From Longimicrobiales bacterium (lineage in GTDB: Bacteria > Gemmatimonadota > Gemmatimonadetes > Longimicrobiales > Gaopeijiaceae): DNA of 64,000 bases. The notes beneath the pieces were generated by a model. The model searched no databases. It was not told where the DNA came from and was given only the letters and a program-made list of their open reading frames with translations. Position numbers and translations under genes: made by a program. Position 1 is the first letter of the stretch. Every line of letters begins with the position of its first letter. Positions 8,004-18,107 of the stretch are shown here, one piece after another. The DNA is taken from the NCBI GenBank assembly GCA_965197725.1, contig CBDANQ010000061.1:192001-256000 (forward strand), read 5' to 3'.

Positions 8004-11000
8004 GTGATGAAGATGCAATGCTCGAAGCTCGCGTCGATCTGGCGCCGGACAATGCTGGGCGCGGCGCTCGCCGCGGCGGCGCTCGCATCGATTCCCGAGC
8101 CCGGATCAGCGCAGTACTTCGGTCGCAACAAAGTCCAATTCGACGACTTCGATTTCCACATCCTTCGAACCGATCATTTCGACTTCCACTTCTATCCGGA
8201 AGAGACTGAGGCGGTCCACGACGCGGCCCGCATGGGCGAGCGCTGGTATGAGCGCTTCGCGCGTACGTTCCAGCACGAGTTCGAGCAAACCAAGCCGGTC
8301 ATTCTGTACGCGGACCATCCGGACTTCGAGCAGACGAACACGTTGTCCGGGTTCATCGGCGAAGGCGTCGGTGGTGTGACCGAATCGCTGAAGAATCGGG
8401 TGATCATGCCTCTTGCGGGCTCGTATTCGGATACGGACCACGTGCTCGGACACGAGCTCGTGCACGCGTTCCAGTACAACATCGCCCAATCGAGACGTGG
8501 CGGCGGCCTTCAGGGTCTCGCAGGTCTGCCGCTCTGGCTCATCGAGGGCATGGCCGAATACCTCTCGGTCGGCCGTGACGACCCACTCACCGCGATGTGG
8601 ATTCGCGACGCCATCCGCCGGGATGAGCTGCCGACGATCCAGCAGATGACTCGCGAGCGAAAATTCTTCCCGTACCGGTTCGGCCAGGCTCTGTGGGCCT
8701 ACATCGGTGGAACCTACGGAGACGACGCGGTCATCCAGGTCTATCGGCGTTCGCTGCGCGTCGGGTTCGAGGGTGCGATCCGCCAGGTGTTGGGACTCTC
8801 AACGGACACGCTGTCGGTGCGCTGGAGGGACAAGACCGCCGAAGAGTACCTTCCGATCATGGAGGGGCGAAGCGCGCCGCAGGACCAAGGCACACTGATT
8901 CTCGCACCGAGCACCGGCTCCGGGCGCACCAACATCTCCCCGGCGATCAGCCCGGACGGCCGCTTCGTGGCCTTCCTGTCCGAAAAGGACCTCTTCTCCG
9001 TGGATCTGTTCATGGCGGAGGTGGCGACCGGACGGATCATCCGAAAGCTCTCCAGCGCCAACTCCGATCCCCACATCGAGGCGCTCCGTTACATCGACTC
9101 TTCCGGTACGTGGTCGCCGGACTCCGAGCGCTTCGCGTACGTAGTAACCGCGGGCGGAGACCAGGAGATCGTCATCGTCGGTACGGACAACGGGCAGGTA
9201 GCGCGGAGGATCCCCTTCGACGGGATCGGTGCCGTGAGCAATCCCGCCTGGTCGCCGGACGGCAGGTATCTGGCCTTCTCCGGTTCGGTGGGAGGCATCA
9301 CCGACCTCTACATGTACGACCTGGACTCCGACGAGACCACCAGGCTGACGAACGACAAGTATGCCGACCTCCAGCCCTCGTGGGCGCCGGATGGTCGGAC
9401 GATCGCGTTCACGAGTGACCGCGGAGCGGAGACCAACTTCGAGCGCCTCACGTACAGCAAGTTCCAGCTCGCGACAATCGACGTCGCGACCAACCAGGTT
9501 CGCGTCATCCCGGTCTTCGGCAACGTCAAGCACATCAACCCTCAGTACGGCGCGGACAACGACAAGCTGTACTTCCTGTCCGACCAGGACGGGGTCACCG
9601 ACGTGTATGAGCTCAACTTTCAGAACGGAGACGTCCGCAGGATCACCGACCTCGCCACCGGAGTGAGCGGGCACACCTATCTGTCGCCCGCAATGACGGT
9701 GGCCCGGGACGGAACGGTGGCATACACGGTCTTCGACGAGCTCGAATTCCACATCTACACGAAGCTGATCGACGACGAGGCCCCGTCGGTCGAGATCGTC
9801 ACCAACGCCGAGGATCAGCAGGGCCGCAAGCTCCCGCCGGCCAATCCGGACCGCTTCAGCCGGATCGCGACCTACCTCGTGGACTCGGAGACCGGGTTGC
9901 TGCCCTCCAACACGTGGTCGGACGCGGATACCGAGGAGTACGAGTCCGAGCTGTCATTGGACTTCGTGGGACAGCCCTCCATCGGCGTCGGCACCGACAA
10001 CTTCGGCAACTACATCGGAGGCGGCGCTTCGGCGTTTTTCAGCGACATGCTGGGCGACCACGTGCTCGGTGTCTCGGCGCAGGCCCAGGGCACTTTCAAA
10101 GACATCGGCGCACAAGCGTTCTACGCCGATCTGTCGGACCGGTGGAACTGGGGCGTGGGTGCGGGCCATATTCCGTTGTTGTTCGGCTTTTACGACTTCG
10201 GACAGGACCAACGAGGCGCCTACACGGGGCTGGTCCGCTACCGGATCATCCAGTCTTCGCTGTCCGGCCAGGTTTCCTACCCGTTTTCGTCGACGCAGCG
10301 CTTCGAAATGGCGGCGGGAGTAAGGCGGATCGGCTACGACATCGAAGTGGACAAGTTCTACATGGACGGGTTTGGGCGAGTTTTCGACTTCAGCCGTGAG
10401 GGTCAGGACGAGCTATGCCGGTCCCCCGGTGATCAGTTGTGCTCACCGGAGGCGATCACCATGGCGACAGCATCCGCGGCGCTCGTGGGTGACAACGCAT
10501 TTTTCGGGTTCGTATCCCCGATCCGCGGCGGCCGATATCGCTTCTCAGTGGAGCAGACGGCAGGCACCGTGGGGTTCACGACTGTCACCGGGGACTGGCG
10601 CCGGTACTTCTCCCCAACGAGGAATCTCACGGTCGCGGTTCGCGCGCTACACTTCGGTCGGTACGGTCTCACGCGTGAAGAGAACGCCACGTCGGTAGGG
10701 ACGCTTGGGCAGTTTAGCCGACAGAATGTCCGGATCCAGCCTCTGTTCCTCGGTTACGAGACGTTCATCCGTGGCTACGCGTTCGAGAGCTTCGAGGCGA
10801 CCGAGTGCGGTACGCGGACGGAGGGTTCACCGGCCGGTAGCTCCTGCCCGACGTTCGATCGTTTGTTCGGGCAGCGGCTCGCCGTCGGTAGTTTCGAGCT
10901 CCGAATTCCGTTCATCGGGGTCGAGCAGTTCGGAATCATCAACTTCCCGTTGCTGCCGACCGAGCTCGTGCTCTTCGCCGACGCTGGCTTGGCCTGGGAC

Positions 11001-11186
11001 CCGGACAATCCACCAACGCTCGAGTTCAGTCGCTCTTCGAGCGAGCGTGTGCCGGTCTTCTCGACCGGTATCTCCGCCCGGTTCAACGTGCTCGGTTTCT
11101 TGATTCTCGAGCCGTACTACGTGTATCCTTGGCAGAGGCCGGACAAGGGATGGCACTGGGGCTTCAACATCGCCCCGGGCTGGTAG
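8004..11186 (+). CDS. Secreted/outer-membrane protein: gluzincin-like peptidase domain, PD40/TolB-like propeller and Omp85 (BamA/TamA-like) barrel
   Basis: Signal peptide; HELVH...EGMAEY; repeated P(A/S)WSPDG; IRGY motif and aromatic C-terminus WHWGFNIAPGW. Confidence 0.8.
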   Translation: MMKMQCSKLASIWRRTMLGAALAAAALASIPEPGSAQYFGRNKVQFDDFDFHILRTDHFDFHFYPEETEAVHDAARMGERWYERFARTFQHEFEQTKPVILYADHPDFEQTNTLSGFIGEGVGGVTESLKNRVIMPLAGSYSDTDHVLGHELVHAFQYNIAQSRRGGGLQGLAGLPLWLIEGMAEYLSVGRDDPLTAMWIRDAIRRDELPTIQQMTRERKFFPYRFGQALWAYIGGTYGDDAVIQVYRRSLRVGFEGAIRQVLGLSTDTLSVRWRDKTAEEYLPIMEGRSAPQDQGTLILAPSTGSGRTNISPAISPDGRFVAFLSEKDLFSVDLFMAEVATGRIIRKLSSANSDPHIEALRYIDSSGTWSPDSERFAYVVTAGGDQEIVIVGTDNGQVARRIPFDGIGAVSNPAWSPDGRYLAFSGSVGGITDLYMYDLDSDETTRLTNDKYADLQPSWAPDGRTIAFTSDRGAETNFERLTYSKFQLATIDVATNQVRVIPVFGNVKHINPQYGADNDKLYFLSDQDGVTDVYELNFQNGDVRRITDLATGVSGHTYLSPAMTVARDGTVAYTVFDELEFHIYTKLIDDEAPSVEIVTNAEDQQGRKLPPANPDRFSRIATYLVDSETGLLPSNTWSDADTEEYESELSLDFVGQPSIGVGTDNFGNYIGGGASAFFSDMLGDHVLGVSAQAQGTFKDIGAQAFYADLSDRWNWGVGAGHIPLLFGFYDFGQDQRGAYTGLVRYRIIQSSLSGQVSYPFSSTQRFEMAAGVRRIGYDIEVDKFYMDGFGRVFDFSREGQDELCRSPGDQLCSPEAITMATASAALVGDNAFFGFVSPIRGGRYRFSVEQTAGTVGFTTVTGDWRRYFSPTRNLTVAVRALHFGRYGLTREENATSVGTLGQFSRQNVRIQPLFLGYETFIRGYAFESFEATECGTRTEGSPAGSSCPTFDRLFGQRLAVGSFELRIPFIGVEQFGIINFPLLPTELVLFADAGLAWDPDNPPTLEFSRSSSERVPVFSTGISARFNVLGFLILEPYYVYPWQRPDKGWHWGFNIAPGW

Positions 11187-11213
11187 CGCTACAGGAGGCG
11201 TTCTCGGACGGAT

Positions 11214-11794
11214 TCACGCCGGCTCGACGACGAATTCGTGGATCACCTGTCCCGCCTGATTCACGAACTCGACCGTCGCCTGCTCGGGGCGTACGGTGAG
11301 GCGGCCGTGTCCTGAATCCGGCCAATACTTCCGGTACCCCGTGACCTCACGGCCGACCTTCCATGGAGCTCCGCAGCTACCCGGGAGCGCATAGTGGATG
11401 CCGTCCACGACCTCGTCCAGGAAGACGTGATCGTGCCCGAAGAAGAGGATCTGGACCCCGAACTCGCGCATCATCTCGTGAACCAGGCGCTGTTCACCGA
11501 CCGTAGCCGCTCTCGGCCCGCCTCGACCGTACAGCGTCTCGATGGAAGCACTCTGATCCGCTCCGGCCGAGCTCCACTGTGTTGCCACCCGCGACCTGAT
11601 CTCGAGCCGTGCCGCGGCGTCCACGGGGCCGCTTCGAACGCTCACCAGAATCGACTCGGTAGTCGGCCTGGCGAGAAGAGGAAGGCGTGAGAGCTGCGGG
11701 ACGACTTGGCCGCCGGGTGCGTATCGGGGGAGCCCTAAGGCCGCCGCGCCGGTGAGCCCGCCAAGAACGACCTCCGCGAAAGATCTCCTCCCAC
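11214..11794 (-). pseudogene. Tat-exported metallophosphoesterase remnant (two frameshifts and large internal deletion)
   Basis: GTG at 11794 gives VGGDLSRRSFL (Tat motif), shifts to GGLTGAAALGLP, shifts again to TESILVSVRS; C-terminal part has FFGHDHVF...GIHYALPGS; middle of enzyme absent. Confidence 0.65.
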
Positions 11795-11797
11795 GTC

Positions 11798-13534
11798 TCA
11801 GCCCCTACCTCGGATGTAGCCTTCCTTCTCCAGGTGCAGAACGATACCGTGCGCAGCCTCCTCTGGGCTGACCTCCGTCGTGTCGATCACGACTTCGGCA
11901 TCCTCGGGCGCCTCGTAGGGATCGGATATGCCGGTGAACTCCTTGATGATGCCCGCCCGTGCCTTTGCGTAGAGGCCTTTGCGGTCCCGTTGCTCGCACA
12001 CGTCGAGCGGCGTGGCCACGTGGACCAGAATGAAGCCGCCGCCCGACTGGACCGTCGCGCGCACTTCCTGCCGCACCGCCTCGTAGGGCGCGATCGGCGC
12101 ACATACGGCGATGCCGCCGTTCTTGGTGATCTCGCTCGCCACGAAGCCGATGCGGCGGATGTTGATGTCTCGGTGCTCCTTGGAGAAGCCCAACTCGCTG
12201 GAGAGGTTCTTGCGCACCAGGTCACCATCCAGGAGCGTGACCGGCCGGCCGCCCATTTCCAGCAGCTTGACCATCAACGCGCTGGCGATCGTGCTCTTGC
12301 CTGAACCTGACAGCCCGGTGAAGAAGACGGTGAAGCCCTGTTGGTGCCGCGACGGGGACGACCTACGCAGCTCCGCTTCTACGTCCGGGAACGTGAACCA
12401 GGAGGGCAACTCGATGCCGAGTTGGAGCCGGCGCCGTTGCTCCGTGCCGGAGATGTTGATTGTCTCCACGCCCTCGGGCACCTCATCCACCGGGTAGTAC
12501 GTGTCATGCTCCGGCGCGTACACCATGAGCTTGAACGGCACCATCGCGATGCCGAGCTCCTCCTCGTGCTTCTGGAGCAACTCCTGGGCGTCGTAGGGAC
12601 CGTAAAACGGCGTGTCCTTCGAGTCGCTTCCTGGGCCCGCGTGGTCGCGGCCGACGATCAGGTGCGTGCACCCGTGGTTCCTCCTGATGATCGCGTGCCA
12701 CACGGCCTCCCTCGGCCCTCCCATACGCATCGCCAGAGGAAGGAGCGAGAGCATGGCCGTGTTCTTCGGGTACGTCGGCAGGAGCGCCTGATAGCAGCGC
12801 ACACGCGTGTAGTGGTCCACGTCGCCGGGCTTCGTCATCCCCACCACAGGGTGGATGAGCAGGCTCGCCTCGACCTCTTTGGCGGCGATGAGCGTCAGCT
12901 CCTGGTGCGCCCGGTGCATGGGGTTGCGCGTCTGGAACGCCACGACCTTCCGCCATCCGAGCTTGGTGAAGCGCGCCCGCATCTCGGCGGGCGTCAGGCG
13001 CAGCATCGCGAAGTCGTAATGGACCGGGGGCTGGAGGCCCTCCACGCGCCCGCCCACATAGACCGGGTGGGAATGTTCGAGCACATACGAGGCGCCCGGA
13101 TGCTCCTCGATGGCTGCCCCAGTCGCGCTTCCGAAAATCGCCTCTGCCTCCCGGTGAAGGTCCGGGCTCCAGATGTCCTCAACGTGGATGGCCGCGAGCA
13201 TTATTCCTTCGGGATCCCGCAGCGCGAGCGTGTCCCCCTCTTGGAGCGTCTCCGCCAACTCCTCCGTCACGTCGAGCGTAATCGGAATGGGCCAAAGCGT
13301 GCCGTCCGCGAGACGCATTCGCTCGAGGACCCGGTCGTAGCTCGCGCGGTCCATGAAGCCCACAAGAGGCGAGAAGGCCCCGTTCAGCAGGAGCTCGAGG
13401 TCGCAGATCTGGCGCTCGGTGAGGTCCCAGGACGGCCAATCCCGCGAAGCCTCCTTCAGCTTTTGGGCGCGGGCGTCGGACGCGATGAGGTTGCGCAGCA
13501 CACCACCGTGAGGCGTGATGAGATGATCTGGCAT
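11798..13534 (-). CDS. sat-cysC: Bifunctional sulfate adenylyltransferase / adenylylsulfate kinase
   Basis: FQTRNPMHRAH, IVGRDHAG, FFTGLSGSGKST, LDGD, FTGISDPYE. Confidence 0.93.
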   Translation of the reverse strand: MPDHLITPHGGVLRNLIASDARAQKLKEASRDWPSWDLTERQICDLELLLNGAFSPLVGFMDRASYDRVLERMRLADGTLWPIPITLDVTEELAETLQEGDTLALRDPEGIMLAAIHVEDIWSPDLHREAEAIFGSATGAAIEEHPGASYVLEHSHPVYVGGRVEGLQPPVHYDFAMLRLTPAEMRARFTKLGWRKVVAFQTRNPMHRAHQELTLIAAKEVEASLLIHPVVGMTKPGDVDHYTRVRCYQALLPTYPKNTAMLSLLPLAMRMGGPREAVWHAIIRRNHGCTHLIVGRDHAGPGSDSKDTPFYGPYDAQELLQKHEEELGIAMVPFKLMVYAPEHDTYYPVDEVPEGVETINISGTEQRRRLQLGIELPSWFTFPDVEAELRRSSPSRHQQGFTVFFTGLSGSGKSTIASALMVKLLEMGGRPVTLLDGDLVRKNLSSELGFSKEHRDINIRRIGFVASEITKNGGIAVCAPIAPYEAVRQEVRATVQSGGGFILVHVATPLDVCEQRDRKGLYAKARAGIIKEFTGISDPYEAPEDAEVVIDTTEVSPEEAAHGIVLHLEKEGYIRGRG

Positions 13535-13677
13535 CGCATGTCGAGGGGTGGGGTGAACGCGGAGGGAAATGGAGCGGGGAAACTAGCGAAAACGCGGAGC
13601 TGGAGGCCAGAGGGTACGCGAAGTCCTTGATGCGAGGGCCGACCCGAGGACTCGCGCTGGAAGGGAACCTCCTCCCT

Positions 13678-13710
13678 CCGGCCGGAGGGGCCGGTCACCC
13701 CCTCCGGCCG
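13678..13710. terminator. 13-bp perfect GC-rich hairpin, possible terminator
   Basis: CCGGCCGGAGGGG-ccggtca-CCCCTCCGGCCGG; no U-tract. Confidence 0.4.
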
Positions 13711-13725
13711 GCGAGCCGAAAGACG

Positions 13726-13870
13726 CTAGCGGGAATCCACGGGGATCATCAGATGCGCGTACGGAGTCTCGGGCCACATCACCCACGGGCCGCCATTGAG
13801 ATGATCGGTTGAGACGCCCTCCAGATCGGACCGGTCGGGAACCAGCATCATCAGGTGCGCGGCGAGGTCG
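13726..13870 (-). pseudogene. C-terminal remnant of an uncharacterised protein
   Basis: HLMMLVPD..LEGVSTDHLNGGPWVMWPETPYAHLMIPV looks like a real protein C-terminus but has no credible N-terminus or start. Confidence 0.45.
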
Positions 13871-13982
13871 GTCTGGGCTTGGTCTGATCTATGTACGCGT
13901 CGAGGAAATTGAGCCAGGGTCCGTTCACGCACCACGGATCATTGCCCTCCGTGTCCGGACGATCGGGCGAGGACAGCCCACC

Positions 13983-14942
13983 CTAGAAGAGCGAAATATT
14001 GATGTACTTCTTCGGGTTGTCCCGGAAGTCCTGAAGCAGGCTCAAGAACTGTTCGCTCGCGTTGGTGAGGCTCGCGTACAGGGCGTCGTCGTTCACCAAC
14101 ATGCCCAGCGTTCCCTGACCACCGTCGATCTTGTCGAGCACGGACCGGAGCGTCGTGATCGTGCCGTCGAGCGTGGCGCTGGTCTCGTTGAGGGTCAACA
14201 TGACGGAGTCGGCGCGGGCGATCGCCCTGGTTACGTCGGGACCGGCGGCAACGGCCCCCTCGATGCCCTCGGCGGACGCCTGCAACGTCTCGATGAGCGT
14301 ACTCAAGGCCCCGCGCTGTTCGCGCACGATGCCCGACAGATCGGTCAGCAGGCCCTCGAACTCGCTCGCGCTCCCCTGCACCGACCCGATGGCCTCGTCG
14401 CTGAGAAACGACTCCATCTGAGTCAGAACCGTAGCGGCCTGACCGCTCAAGTCGTCCATCGACCCGAGCATGCCCCCTGCTCTTCCACCCACTCCGGGAA
14501 TGGTATCGCCCTCCACGTGGAACGTCGTCTGCAAGGTGGGAACCACTTCGACCGTCCGGCCACCGAACATGCCCGCCGCGCCGAGGCGCGTACTCGAGCC
14601 ATGAGGGACCGCCCATCCCCTCTCGATCTCGAGCGCGATCGTCACGAGACCATCGGCGCCCATCCCGAAGGCATCGATTTGACCAATGTTGACGCCACGC
14701 ATCTGGATCGGGTCGCCGGGCCGCACCCCACCGGCATCATCAACCACGGTGTACAGTATGTGGCGCCCCCGAAGCATCGCGGGAGACGTCAGCATGAACA
14801 GTACCACGACGAACGAGAGCAGGCCGAAGATCACGAAGATGCCCAGCCGGGCCTCGCGACCGCGCGTGACATGAGGTACGTGGTCGGCGAGCTCTTTGTC
14901 GGACGGCGGCCGCCGTCTCGAACCTTGAGGCGCGTCAGTCAT
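13983..14942 (-). CDS. mlaD: MCE/MlaD family substrate-binding protein
   Basis: N-terminal TM helix, AGGVRPGDPIQMRGVNIG, helical tail, GTLGMLVNDDALY, NPKKY. Confidence 0.85.
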   Translation of the reverse strand: MTDAPQGSRRRPPSDKELADHVPHVTRGREARLGIFVIFGLLSFVVVLFMLTSPAMLRGRHILYTVVDDAGGVRPGDPIQMRGVNIGQIDAFGMGADGLVTIALEIERGWAVPHGSSTRLGAAGMFGGRTVEVVPTLQTTFHVEGDTIPGVGGRAGGMLGSMDDLSGQAATVLTQMESFLSDEAIGSVQGSASEFEGLLTDLSGIVREQRGALSTLIETLQASAEGIEGAVAAGPDVTRAIARADSVMLTLNETSATLDGTITTLRSVLDKIDGGQGTLGMLVNDDALYASLTNASEQFLSLLQDFRDNPKKYINISLF

Positions 14943-15708
14943 AAGACTCCGAAACCATGTCGAGCGCGGCCTCGGCGGCCGCGCGGTCCACGAACGCCTG
15001 GACCACCGGGTCTTGGCAAGCCCGGAATTCGTCTGGCGTTCCACAGAAACGAATGGTGCCGCTGTCGAGCATGGCAACCCGGTCACAAATCATTAGTCCG
15101 CCTTCGACGTCGTGAGTCACGAGTAGGGACGTCACTTCGAGTTCCCTAGACAGCCGCTGGATGAGCCGCTCGACCGCCGCTGTGTTGATCGGGTCGAGCC
15201 CTGTCGTGGGTTCGTCCCACAGCAGAACCTCCGGGCGCCCGATGATCGCCCGGGCAATGCCGACACGCTTCTTCATGCCGCCGGAGAGCTCCGAGGGAAT
15301 CTTCGAGAGGATCTCCCGCGGTTCCAAATTCACCAGATCGAGCGCCTCCCAGACCTTTGCCGCCGTCTCTTTGCGCGGCGAGCGCGCAAGTACGTCCTCC
15401 GGAAGTCCCATTCCTACGTTGTCGAAGACGTTGAGCGAGTCGAAAAGGGCCGACTGCTGAAAGACGTAGCCGACTTTCTTGCGAACGAGGTCTACGGCCC
15501 GGCGCCCCCCCCGGAACACCGATACTCCGCAGACCTCGACGTCCCCGATGTCGGGGATGATGAGGCCGATGGTCGCCTTGAGCAGCACGCTCTTGCCGGT
15601 ACCCGAGGGTCCGAAGAGCGCAAACATCTCTCCGGTCTCTACACGCATGTCGACCCCCGTGAGCACCGGCAGGTCGAACCCCTTGTGGATATTTCGATAC
15701 TCGATCAC
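14935..15708 (-). CDS. mlaF: MlaF-type ABC ATPase
   Basis: GPSGTGKS, LSGGMKKRVGIARA, DEPTTGLDP. Confidence 0.9.
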   Translation of the reverse strand: MIEYRNIHKGFDLPVLTGVDMRVETGEMFALFGPSGTGKSVLLKATIGLIIPDIGDVEVCGVSVFRGGRRAVDLVRKKVGYVFQQSALFDSLNVFDNVGMGLPEDVLARSPRKETAAKVWEALDLVNLEPREILSKIPSELSGGMKKRVGIARAIIGRPEVLLWDEPTTGLDPINTAAVERLIQRLSRELEVTSLLVTHDVEGGLMICDRVAMLDSGTIRFCGTPDEFRACQDPVVQAFVDRAAAEAALDMVSESYD

Positions 15709-15734
15709 GTCGCGCGCCTCTTCAGGTTCTGCAC

Positions 15735-16550
15735 TCAGTTCAACATGAGCGGCGGGAAGAGCGCGTCGAGAATCAGAATCGTGAGCGTCATGAACATCAC
15801 GGCCTGCGTGGTCGTGATACCGACGCCCTCCGCCCCACCCTTGGTCTTCAGACCCATGTGAACCGAGATGAGGGGGATAGAGAGCCCGAAAACCACCGCC
15901 TTCGTCAACGAGTAGAGGAGGTCCCAGCTGTGCCAGAAGAGGCGCGCCCCGTAGAAGAACGACTCCGCACCGAGCCCGACGGTCAGATCGGCCGACACGA
16001 GGCCCGCGAGGATCCCGATCAAGTCCGCGATGCCGACGAGCATGGGCAATACGAGCACTCCGGCTATGACCCGGGGCGCGGCGAGAATCGCGACCGGGTC
16101 CCGGCCCAACGATTTGAACGCGTCAATCTGCTCGGAGACGACCATCGTGCCGAGCTCGGCCGTGATGCGAGCGCCGATTCGGCCCACGAGCACGAGAGCG
16201 GTCAGCACAGGACCCATCTCTAGCACGACCGTTTCCACGACCAAGCTGCCCAAGACGTAGCTGGGCATGGCGCTCGTCATCTGATACCCGCCCTGCTGAC
16301 TCGTCACGATACCGGCGAGCGATCCCGTGACGATCACGATGGGTAGAGACTGGATCCCCATGATGTACATCTGATTGAGGATCGAGCGGATGGAGACCTT
16401 GAGCCGCACCGTGACGTGTACGATCTGCCACGAGAGAATGCCCAACCCGCCTGCGTGCTCGAGCGTGAGACGCGTCGTACGCCATACGCCCACGAACCAC
16501 TGGACGATCGGGTTGGGGAGTGGGAGAGCCCCGAGAGATTGGTGGTTCAC
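15735..16550 (-). CDS. mlaE: MlaE-type ABC permease
   Basis: EMGPVLTALVLVGRIGARITAELGTM, GAEGVG; start uncertain. Confidence 0.87.
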   Translation of the reverse strand: MNHQSLGALPLPNPIVQWFVGVWRTTRLTLEHAGGLGILSWQIVHVTVRLKVSIRSILNQMYIMGIQSLPIVIVTGSLAGIVTSQQGGYQMTSAMPSYVLGSLVVETVVLEMGPVLTALVLVGRIGARITAELGTMVVSEQIDAFKSLGRDPVAILAAPRVIAGVLVLPMLVGIADLIGILAGLVSADLTVGLGAESFFYGARLFWHSWDLLYSLTKAVVFGLSIPLISVHMGLKTKGGAEGVGITTTQAVMFMTLTILILDALFPPLMLN

Positions 16551-16801
16551 CGTCGATGGTGCTCCGGCGTGAACGAGCCCGTCGAGACGACGGTCGGTCG
16601 CAGGGAAAGTGGGCCGAACCTTCGATGAAAGCAGTACGCAAATCAAGCAGGTTCAGTTCCGTTCTGGCCCGATTCCTGCGGTTTTCCGTGACGAGGCCGG
16701 GGTGGAGCAACGCTCGACCGGCTTTCGGTAGCTATCTTCCCCACGGCCGGTTTTATGGCCACACTGGCTGCGGACACGACAGCTCATGGAGCGTGGGCCC
16801 G

Positions 16802-18097
16802 ATGACGGCATTCGGACAAAAGACCTTTCTCATACTCGCTGGAGCCCTTCTCGGCGTTCCAACCGCGGGCGACGCCCAAGAGGCGGACTACCAGGACGAG
16901 CTGGCCGCGCTGGCTGCGAGTCCCGCGGTGGTCCGTGCCCTGCGCCTGGTGGAGGAGCGGGACGCGCGCACGATGGCAGACCTGCTCGAACTCACCGAGA
17001 TTCCGGCGCCGTCCTTCAAGGAACAGGCCCGTGGAGCTCGCTTCTTGCAGATGTTGATCGATCTGGGCGTCGACTCTGCTTGGATCGACACGGAGGGCAA
17101 CGTGCTCGGTTTACGGCGCGGAACAGGATCGGACGAGGTCATCGCGGTTGCGGGGCACCTCGACACCGTCTTCCCAGAGGGGACCGACGTCACCGTGCGT
17201 CAGCGAGGCGATACGCTGTTCGCTCCGGGTATCGCGGACGATACTCGTGGCCTCGTCACCGTGCTCGCGCTGCTGCGGGTGCTCAACGAGTCCGACATTC
17301 AGACGAACGCCAACCTGCTCTTCATCGCAACGGTGGGGGAGGAAGGCCTCGGCGATCTGCGTGGCGTGAAGCATCTGTTCCGGGACGGCGGCCCGCGGAT
17401 CGATTCGTTCATGTCGATCGACGGCGCGGGGCACGAGCGCATCACGCACAAGGGGCTCGGCTCCCACCGATACCGCGTCACCGTTCGTGGACCGGGCGGC
17501 CACTCCTGGGGCGATTTCGGAGCCCCGAATCCTGCCCACGCACTCGGACGTGCGATCGACTACCTCGACCTGGCTGCCGACGCGATCACGAGGTCTGGTC
17601 CCGCTACGAGCTACAACGTCGGGCGTCTTGGCGGCGGCACCTCCGTAAACTCCATTCCGTTCGAGGCGTGGATGGAAGTCGACATGCGGTCCGAAAGCCC
17701 CGAGAGCCTCACGAGAATCGATGAGGTCTTCCAGCGGGCGATGAACAGGGCGGTCGACGAAGCGAACGCACAGCGCCGGGATGGCGACGAGCTCACGCTC
17801 GACCTCGAGTTGATCGGGGACCGGCCCTCGGGTGAGATCGCCGAGTCCGATCCGCTCGTCCAGCGAGCGATCGCGGCGAGCCTCATGCTGGGTATCGAAC
17901 CCAGCCTCAACCGGAGCTCGACCGACGCCAACATCCCGATTTCGCTCGGCATCCCGTCGATCACGATCGGCGGTGGTGGTGAGGCCAGCGCGGTGCACGC
18001 GCCGGGAGAGTGGTTCCTCAACCGGAACGGTACCCTGGGCATCAAGCGCGCGCTGCTGATTATGCTCGCCCAGGCCCGTACCTTGATCGCGAGCTGA
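16802..18097 (+). CDS. M20/M25/M40 family metallopeptidase/hydrolase, secreted
   Basis: Signal peptide; GHLDTVF, GIADD, GEEGLGDL, GGHSWG, STDAN, H.PGEW. Confidence 0.87.
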   Translation: MTAFGQKTFLILAGALLGVPTAGDAQEADYQDELAALAASPAVVRALRLVEERDARTMADLLELTEIPAPSFKEQARGARFLQMLIDLGVDSAWIDTEGNVLGLRRGTGSDEVIAVAGHLDTVFPEGTDVTVRQRGDTLFAPGIADDTRGLVTVLALLRVLNESDIQTNANLLFIATVGEEGLGDLRGVKHLFRDGGPRIDSFMSIDGAGHERITHKGLGSHRYRVTVRGPGGHSWGDFGAPNPAHALGRAIDYLDLAADAITRSGPATSYNVGRLGGGTSVNSIPFEAWMEVDMRSESPESLTRIDEVFQRAMNRAVDEANAQRRDGDELTLDLELIGDRPSGEIAESDPLVQRAIAASLMLGIEPSLNRSSTDANIPISLGIPSITIGGGGEASAVHAPGEWFLNRNGTLGIKRALLIMLAQARTLIAS

Positions 18098-18107
18098 TAG
18101 TTGCTGC

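Noticed and set aside
13535..13680. SAM riboswitch upstream of sat-cysC
   Set aside because: Hairpins are present, but the SAM-I/II consensus core is not.
16610..16650. c-di-GMP-I riboswitch-like string GGCCGAACC...GAAA...ACGCAAA
   Set aside because: The bases flanking GAAA do not pair and the second stem is not recognisable.
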